Shown here: positions 58,543 to 64,000 of the stretch, piece after piece
How positions within the stretch are numbered: position 1 is the first letter of the stretch
How the letters are laid out: each line of letters opens with the position of its first letter
Source of the DNA: an uncultured Candidatus Bathyarchaeia archaeon
Lineage (GTDB): Archaea; Thermoproteota; Bathyarchaeia; RBG-16-48-13; CAYPFQ01
DNA length: 64,000 bases
Direction: 5' to 3'
Assembly (NCBI GenBank): GCA_964410135.1
Contig: CAYPFQ010000001.1
Coordinates: forward strand, 22,560-86,559
Translations under genes and position numbers: made by a program
The notes under the pieces: generated by a model
What the model was told of the DNA's origin: nothing
The model's database searches: none
Seen by the model: only the letters and a program-made list of their open reading frames with translations

Positions 58543-58758
58543 CTAAGCGACTGTTTCTGCTGTTGCGAATCTATTGCCAACTTGAGTAACCTTAATTCTC
58601 ACATGGTCGCCAGGCTTTGTATTAGGCACAAATATTACGAACCCTTGGATCCTAGCAATGCCTTCTCCCCGTCGACTCAGCTCCTGTATATCCACTTCGT
58701 ATTCCTTTCCTACTTCTACTGGCTTTGGACCGCCAAAGCTTCGCCTTCTGTAGCTCAC
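58543..58758 (-). CDS. TRAM-domain nucleic-acid-binding protein
   Basis: 71 aa. VGKEYEVDIQELSRRGEGIARIQGFVIFVPNTKPGDHVRIKVTQV is the stand-alone archaeal TRAM pattern. Confidence 0.7.
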   Translation of the reverse strand: MSYRRRSFGGPKPVEVGKEYEVDIQELSRRGEGIARIQGFVIFVPNTKPGDHVRIKVTQVGNRFATAETVA

Positions 58759-58759
58759 T

Positions 58760-59065
58760 TTATTTCCCTCCTTTGACTACGTTTAATTTACCGTACTTTT
58801 TACCGACACTAAGCTGAATTTCGCCTCTGAAGGCTGTCACATAACCGTTCTCAATTTGCACAGTATCACCAACTGAAACCCCGTCTATTTGCTCGTTCCA
58901 CAAAACTAGTTTAATGGAGCCAGTCGCATCGGATATTACGGCATTTGCTACCCTATGTACATTGTAACCATATCTTGAGTAAACTTCTCGGCTCGCGGAT
59001 TTTTCAACAACTTTTCCGGTTACATTGACCTGTTTCATTCCAGTTTTTAATTCCTTAATCTGCAT
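58760..59065 (-). CDS. OB-fold nucleic-acid-binding protein (SSB/RPA-like single OB domain)
   Basis: 101 aa. MQIKELKTGMKQVNVTGKVVEKS...ISDATGSIKLVLWNEQ...GDTVQIENGYV is a typical tRNA_anti/RPA-type OB-fold sequence. Confidence 0.55.
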   Translation of the reverse strand: MQIKELKTGMKQVNVTGKVVEKSASREVYSRYGYNVHRVANAVISDATGSIKLVLWNEQIDGVSVGDTVQIENGYVTAFRGEIQLSVGKKYGKLNVVKGGK

Positions 59066-59142
59066 ATGATCTAGCGACTTCCATAATTATGGGTAGCAGC
59101 TTAAAGTGTGATATCTCTAATATTAAAGTGTGAGGGTTAAGT

Positions 59143-60219
59143 TTGGTGAGGAAGGAAATTAGAATTGGAATTGCTGGTGTGGGGAACTGCTGCTCTGCAC
59201 TAGTTCAGGGGCTAATTTACTATCGTAAAACTGGTGAAGGCGAGCGCTCTGAAGGGTTAACTCTAACAAATGTTGGAGGATATCTGCCACGCGATATCAA
59301 ACTAACAGCTGCATTTGACGTTGATCGAAGAAAGATAGGTCAAGATTTAGGTAAAGCGATCTTTGCCGAGCCTAATAGTTGCATGAAGGTTTGTGAAATC
59401 GGAGTTCTTGGCGTAGAGGTGCTTAAGGGTCCAGCATTGGATGGCGTAGGGCGTGATATGCGTGAGTACATCTTAGTCGATGAGTCTTCCCCTGTTAACG
59501 TGGCTGAAGCATTAAGAGGGTCAAAAACTGAGATATTATTGAATCTTTTACCAGTTGGAGCCAGCATAGCATCCAAATTTTATGCAAATGAGGCTCTGAA
59601 AGCTAACTGTGCCTACGTAAACTGTTCACCAGCAAAAATCGTCACCGACAAAGCCATCGCAACCAGATTTAAGAGGGCTAGATTGCCCCTCATAGGCGAT
59701 GACCTGATGAGCCAGATAGGCGGAACAATTTTCCACAAAAATCTCCTAGAATTTTTAAACAGCCGCGGAGTTAAAGTCCAAAACTCATACCAATTAGATG
59801 TAGGTGGAGGAACCGAATCCCTCGCAACAATTGAGGAGTCCAGAAAGATGCTAAAACGAAACATCAAAACTGACTCGATCAAAAGCGCACTGCCATACAA
59901 ATTTAACGTAGTTTCCGGCACAACCGACTATGTCGAATTCTTAGGCAATCAAAGAGTCAGCTACTATTGGCTGAGCGGGAAGTACTTTCTTGGCGCACCG
60001 GTACTCATGGACATCTACCTCAGGACCCTCGACGGGCCGAACAGCGGAGCAATTCTTTTCGATATCATACGCGCTTGCAAACTAGCCTTAGAGCGAAAAA
60101 TCGGAGGACCGTTAGTCAGCGTGTCGGCATACGGCTTCAAGAATCCGCCTGAAAGGATGCCAGTAAACCTTGCGAAACAGCGCTTTATAGAATTCGTAGA
60201 AGGCAGGAGAAGAAACTAA
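59143..60219 (+). CDS. myo-inositol-1-phosphate synthase-family protein (archaeal short MIPS)
   Basis: 358 aa with TTG start. The NAD-binding N-terminus is IRIGIAGVGNCCSALVQG, and length and pattern fit archaeal MIPS. Confidence 0.65.
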   Translation: MVRKEIRIGIAGVGNCCSALVQGLIYYRKTGEGERSEGLTLTNVGGYLPRDIKLTAAFDVDRRKIGQDLGKAIFAEPNSCMKVCEIGVLGVEVLKGPALDGVGRDMREYILVDESSPVNVAEALRGSKTEILLNLLPVGASIASKFYANEALKANCAYVNCSPAKIVTDKAIATRFKRARLPLIGDDLMSQIGGTIFHKNLLEFLNSRGVKVQNSYQLDVGGGTESLATIEESRKMLKRNIKTDSIKSALPYKFNVVSGTTDYVEFLGNQRVSYYWLSGKYFLGAPVLMDIYLRTLDGPNSGAILFDIIRACKLALERKIGGPLVSVSAYGFKNPPERMPVNLAKQRFIEFVEGRRRN

Positions 60220-60227
60220 GCGAAATC

Positions 60228-60731
60228 CTAGCTGATATAGGTCTGATTTGATCGGTCAAAATCGGATACAAGCTCAGGGCTCCCAGCCTTCTCCACATAG
60301 TCATTCGGCATTTCAGAGACAGACAGAGCTCGCACTGGTCCACTTATTGCTATGGCTGTAGCCTCATGCTCTTCTCCTAGGATCCTTCTTGTCACCTCAT
60401 ACACAAGCCTTCTAACTCGTCCCTCATCTAGGTATCCCAAAGAATGGAGATACTCATGCATCAGAATTGAGAATACGAACGAGTTTATCTGCCTAATCGA
60501 CTTAGTAGTCCTCACGACCATGTTCAAGAGCCTCCTATTCATGACGATAGCATTCGAGCCTACTCCATGGAACGCTCCAATGTGAAGAGGCAGATCTGCC
60601 ATGTATAGCATCAGCCCTCCCCGCTCGTATCCTAGTAGCTCTTTGACCGCTCTTTTCACTAGGACAAATATGTCTCCGAAGTCCTTGCAACGGTCTAATG
60701 CCGCTACATAGTCTGAGCTAAAGCCCACCAT
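60228..60731 (-). CDS. putative zinc metallopeptidase (HExxH)
   Basis: 167 aa with an HEYLH motif. Confidence 0.4.
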   Translation of the reverse strand: MVGFSSDYVAALDRCKDFGDIFVLVKRAVKELLGYERGGLMLYMADLPLHIGAFHGVGSNAIVMNRRLLNMVVRTTKSIRQINSFVFSILMHEYLHSLGYLDEGRVRRLVYEVTRRILGEEHEATAIAISGPVRALSVSEMPNDYVEKAGSPELVSDFDRSNQTYIS

Positions 60732-60733
60732 AC

Positions 60734-61354
60734 TTACCTTTCCTCTTCTTTCGCTCGCTTGGCTATTACTTCAAGCACACCATTCTTGTAGGACATTGTT
60801 AGGCTGTTTGCGTCAACCTCAGCTGGCAACATGACTTCCTTGTAGTATTTCCGTTTGGGAGTGTCTGTTGAAATTGTTAGCTTCTTTCCAGTGCACTTTA
60901 GGTTTATTTCCGACTTCTCAACGCCTGGAAGTTCAGCTATAACCCTGACATGACCGTCTTCAACAATGGTGTCCACTAGAGGCTCGCGTTCTCTCTCAAC
61001 GTTCAATTCTGGCTGCGGTGTCGCCGTGACAAGCTCTGATCCAATTCCAGGTCTTTCAGGTCTGGCTGGGAAAGGTCTCCTAGACGGTTTAAAGTTGCCG
61101 AACTCTCTGACGACAGTCTTTCCATCCGGCCCTCTGACCATCGAATAGCCATATACAAACGGACCGAGCTCTCTGACTATGCTGCCGTCTGAAAGCCTTC
61201 GCTCCCGATAAGCCCCTCCCGGGATTTTTTCAGGTATACCGCTGAACATGTCTTCAGCCATCTTAGCCATATCATCAAGCAGTTTGCTGAACATTGAAGC
61301 CCTGTCTCGTCTGCCAAAACCAAGCCACTCAGCAAAATCGTCTTCAAACCCCAT
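60734..61354 (-). CDS. hsp20: small heat-shock protein, Hsp20/alpha-crystallin family (with N-terminal extension)
   Basis: 206 aa. The C-terminal alpha-crystallin domain reads DGHVRVIAELPGVEKSEINLKCTGKKLTIS...YKNGVLEV. Confidence 0.85.
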   Translation of the reverse strand: MGFEDDFAEWLGFGRRDRASMFSKLLDDMAKMAEDMFSGIPEKIPGGAYRERRLSDGSIVRELGPFVYGYSMVRGPDGKTVVREFGNFKPSRRPFPARPERPGIGSELVTATPQPELNVEREREPLVDTIVEDGHVRVIAELPGVEKSEINLKCTGKKLTISTDTPKRKYYKEVMLPAEVDANSLTMSYKNGVLEVIAKRAKEEER

Positions 61355-61384
61355 TTCTCAAACATTCCCTCCTTCGACTCTTTT

Positions 61385-62137
61385 TTATGTCTCTTCCAAT
61401 GCTCTCTTCACCTTTTCAAGGAAAGTCAAATACTCCGCGAGCAGCCGTCTGCCCAAAGGACTTAGCTCATATTGATTGTCCAGGCTTTCGCTGATTAGCC
61501 TATTAGCCAGAAATGAGGACAGATTCTCGTACACGAGTTTCGGATTGATCTCAACACGATACTGTTTCTTTCCGCGCGGGCGTTCAAGCAGCTGAAGCAG
61601 CATTCTTATCCTTGTCTCATTGGATAACAGATCCAAAATATCTATTGCCTCCCTGAACGGTTCCTCCAGCCTAGAGTCCAGCCAGCAGACACGCTCAATA
61701 GTGAGCTTGCCGGATGCAACCTCGTCTTGAAAATCTTTGCCAATAACAGTAGGGTCGATCGAAAACGGATAGAGCACAATCGCCCTAGCGTTGCTGGCTT
61801 TGGCTAGTATGCCTAGGTCTCGGTAGAGCTGTTCTGTTGGAGGGGCTGTCTCGCAAAATACAACTTTCAACTCGTCATCCAACTTCCCGCAAACATCCGC
61901 AACAACCCAGTTGCCCAGAGGATCCCTTGACCGCGGGACACGGAGCAGGGTGCTCTCAACAAATGTTTCCATGCAACCGTTCTCAATCAGCGACCGCGCG
62001 GCATGATACTTCTCCAGCAGATGAAGCCCGCTTTCCCGTGGATCTCTGCCGAAACGTAGCTTGAACGCTTCGTAATCAACGATATGCTGGGGAAGCACCC
62101 TGGCTTTCCTTGAATTTGGATGAAGTAGTAGGCGCAT
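61385..62137 (-). CDS. putative transcriptional regulator with C-terminal winged-helix (ArsR-like) domain
   Basis: 250 aa. The C-terminal LDLLSNETRIRMLLQLLERPRGKKQYRVEIN is a wHTH. It lies upstream of hsp20, and palindromic operators sit in its own promoter. Confidence 0.45.
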   Translation of the reverse strand: MRLLLHPNSRKARVLPQHIVDYEAFKLRFGRDPRESGLHLLEKYHAARSLIENGCMETFVESTLLRVPRSRDPLGNWVVADVCGKLDDELKVVFCETAPPTEQLYRDLGILAKASNARAIVLYPFSIDPTVIGKDFQDEVASGKLTIERVCWLDSRLEEPFREAIDILDLLSNETRIRMLLQLLERPRGKKQYRVEINPKLVYENLSSFLANRLISESLDNQYELSPLGRRLLAEYLTFLEKVKRALEET

Positions 62138-62144
62138 ATTAATC

Positions 62145-62193
62145 TGTTACCAAAAGTAACAAAACCTGCTTATAAATGTTACCACTGGTAACA
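62145..62193. promoter_or_regulatory. two palindromic operator-like sites (TGTTAC-N5-GTAACA and TGTTACC-N3-GGTAACA) flanking a TTATAAAT box in the promoter of the wHTH regulator gene
   Basis: 62145-62161 reads TGTTACCAAAAGTAACA and 62177-62193 reads TGTTACCACTGGTAACA. The TATA-like cttataaatg lies between them. The start codon of the minus-strand gene is at 62137. Confidence 0.4.
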
Positions 62194-62247
62194 TGGACGA
62201 CCCTCCAGCCTTCGCATAAGGTTGCAGAGGTCAAAACCCAGACAAAA

Positions 62248-63963
62248 CTAAGCTATCTTTGGTTCAACCTCTATTTTCTTCAGCTGGCGATTGTACATTT
62301 TAATGATCTCATCAACGGTAGTGGCATCTTCAGGAGCTCTATCCTTCCGCCAATTTCCCGTAAACCTTGGAAATCTAATTGCAAGTCCTGCTCCCTTTTT
62401 AATTGCGTTCCATCCCGTCGTATGTGATGGACTTAATGTCAGTTCGGCTCCGATTACCTCTAATACGACGGTTGGAACAAACCAGACGTCAGCCTTAATC
62501 TTCGAATCAATCCTTGCATGTACATGCGGTATTTTGTATTGGGCGAACATCTTCGGCATATTAGCCAGATCTTCGTCAGTGAATCCTGAGCCGAGCTTAC
62601 ATACAGTCTTAAACATGTCACTCTCATGGTCGTAAGCTGCCATCAGTAACGCGCCATAACTTCCAGCACGTCTTCCCCGCCCAGCAAAAGCACCAACTAC
62701 AACCAAGTCAACTGCGTCAGCCATCTCACTCTTGTATTCACGTTTATACTTGATCCATTTGAACTGCCTAGCCCCCGCTGTGTAGAACGACTCAGGACCC
62801 AGATCCTTAACCATTAGCCCCTCACAACCATCAGCGATTGCCTGATCCATGTATTCGTCGAGTTTTGAGGGGTCACTCGTAATAATTTGCTCTGCGATTT
62901 TTACATGGTCAGTTGGCTTAACGATTTTCTGTAACTCCCTCCTTCTTTCGGGGTACTGTTCCATGGTGTAGTCTTTCCCATTTACATACAGCGCGTCAAA
63001 TAGGAAGAGAGTTATAGGGATTTCTTTAGCTGTAGATTCAATCTCATATTTTCTTCCTCTACGATGTGATACCATTTGAAATGGCAGCATTTCGCCAGTG
63101 TCGGGATCAACTCCAACAGCCTCTCCCTCAACTATGGCCTCTTTTGCAACTATGGCTTCTCTTAACGCCCTCACTACGTCTGGAAACTGGTCGGTCAGAT
63201 TCTCGATTCTTCGGGAATAGAGCTGAATCGATTTAGGCGATATATGTGCTTGTAAACGAAGCCCATCATATTTGTATTCAGCTACACCCTTGCCTCCCAT
63301 CTTGGCGAGAATTTCCTGCGAGCTGGATAAGCGTTCAGCCAGCATAGGTCTAATCGGTTTTCCGACAGCAATCTTGAAGTGCTCTACTGCGCCGAGCCCC
63401 TCTTCGGCTACGGTTTTTGCCACATACCCTAAATCGGATGTCAAGTTGTAGGCTCTTTCAATTTCTTCTCTGAACTTTTTCCCTCCACCATAGGCGACTG
63501 CTAAAGCATCTAAAACAGTCATATCGGCTATGCCTATCCTAAGCCTCCCGGTAATCATGCGGATAATATATTTCGCCTCTTTCGGGCTTGCATCATTTAG
63601 GAGACTTGATAGAAGCCTGATCTTAGTTTCCTGCGCACCGCCTCCAGTGGATCGAGCGATTTTCGCGAATGTGTCATAGACCCCTTCAACAGTTAACGGT
63701 TGACGGAAAAAAGTTGCCTGCGTCTTTTTGGTTATGAATTTTTCAACAGTGGTTCCAAGATCCCCTGTGTTCTGATAGTCATCTAGAATTGCCTTTTCAG
63801 TTTTCCCAGTAACACTGGATATTGCATGGATGGCTAACTTTTCCGCGATGCCAAGCTCAACTCCCTCGAATGGAGGGTACAGTTCACCGATTGTTAGGTA
63901 GACTACCTTATCGATAATGTGCTTCGGTGTATTCTTAATTAGCTCAACAAGGTAGTCAGTCAT
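62248..63963 (-). CDS. lig: ATP-dependent DNA ligase
   Basis: 571 aa with the adenylation motif KYDGLRLQAH (KxDG), followed by OB and DNA-binding domains. Confidence 0.9.
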   Translation of the reverse strand: MTDYLVELIKNTPKHIIDKVVYLTIGELYPPFEGVELGIAEKLAIHAISSVTGKTEKAILDDYQNTGDLGTTVEKFITKKTQATFFRQPLTVEGVYDTFAKIARSTGGGAQETKIRLLSSLLNDASPKEAKYIIRMITGRLRIGIADMTVLDALAVAYGGGKKFREEIERAYNLTSDLGYVAKTVAEEGLGAVEHFKIAVGKPIRPMLAERLSSSQEILAKMGGKGVAEYKYDGLRLQAHISPKSIQLYSRRIENLTDQFPDVVRALREAIVAKEAIVEGEAVGVDPDTGEMLPFQMVSHRRGRKYEIESTAKEIPITLFLFDALYVNGKDYTMEQYPERRRELQKIVKPTDHVKIAEQIITSDPSKLDEYMDQAIADGCEGLMVKDLGPESFYTAGARQFKWIKYKREYKSEMADAVDLVVVGAFAGRGRRAGSYGALLMAAYDHESDMFKTVCKLGSGFTDEDLANMPKMFAQYKIPHVHARIDSKIKADVWFVPTVVLEVIGAELTLSPSHTTGWNAIKKGAGLAIRFPRFTGNWRKDRAPEDATTVDEIIKMYNRQLKKIEVEPKIA

Positions 63964-64000
63964 CTCTAGCCGCTTAGTTGTAGCCTCAATCTTCTCATAG

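Noticed and set aside
51839-59065. Integrated conjugative or mobile element as the explanation for the VirB4/VirB11-like genes
   Set aside because: No integrase, relaxase, flanking direct repeats or tRNA-adjacent att sites are seen, and the neighbours are core housekeeping genes. I treat it as chromosomal machinery, though distant mobile-element ancestry cannot be excluded from sequence alone.

Overview
This looks like an archaeal chromosomal segment of roughly 45% GC. It encodes an archaeal histone, a thermosome, the secE-spt5-L11-L1-L10-L12 cluster, SepRS, a class V FBP aldolase/phosphatase and three intron-containing tRNAs. No CRISPR array, IS element or integrase is visible. Most of the window is housekeeping. 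The translation apparatus includes the alaS N-terminal part and the S19e-PDCD5-L39e-L31e-eIF6-LX-pfdA-ftsY block. RNA and tRNA modification genes are nep1, a taw1/TYW1-like gene, trm5, tsaC-THUMP-cgi121, dph5 and rtcA. Metabolic genes include argF, B12-dependent nrdJ next to cobO, tpiA, fbp, nadA, ribK/ribL and an inositol-phosphate synthase. Proteostasis genes include proteasome beta, TldD/PmbA and Hsp20. The stand-out accessory element is a tightly coupled minus-strand operon of about 7.2 kb and 10 genes at 51839-59065. It joins a Tad/type-IV-pilus-like module (TadA/VirB11-family ATPase, split TadB/TadC-like platform proteins, Flp-like prepilin) to a HerA/VirB4-like DUF87 ATPase with a membrane partner, two coiled-coil proteins, and TRAM and OB-fold nucleic-acid-binding proteins. 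I interpret it as a candidate DNA-translocation or cell-to-cell exchange apparatus, like Ced and Ups fused into one locus, and it does not match a described system that I know. Other points of interest are a strongly signalled 21-codon poly-acidic micro-ORF, a zinc-ribbon reading frame sitting in-frame behind the TAG stop of the Fap7/AK6 kinase, an apparent +1 frameshift at the 5' end of taw1, an orphan sepS, a PEF-CTERM surface protein, a HEPN-ParB/Srx-ubiquitin-like trio coupled to nadA, and a palindromic operator pair in front of a wHTH regulator/Hsp20 pair. All calls rest on reading the translations by eye, since no searches could be run. Some hand-counted coordinates may be off by 1 nt.
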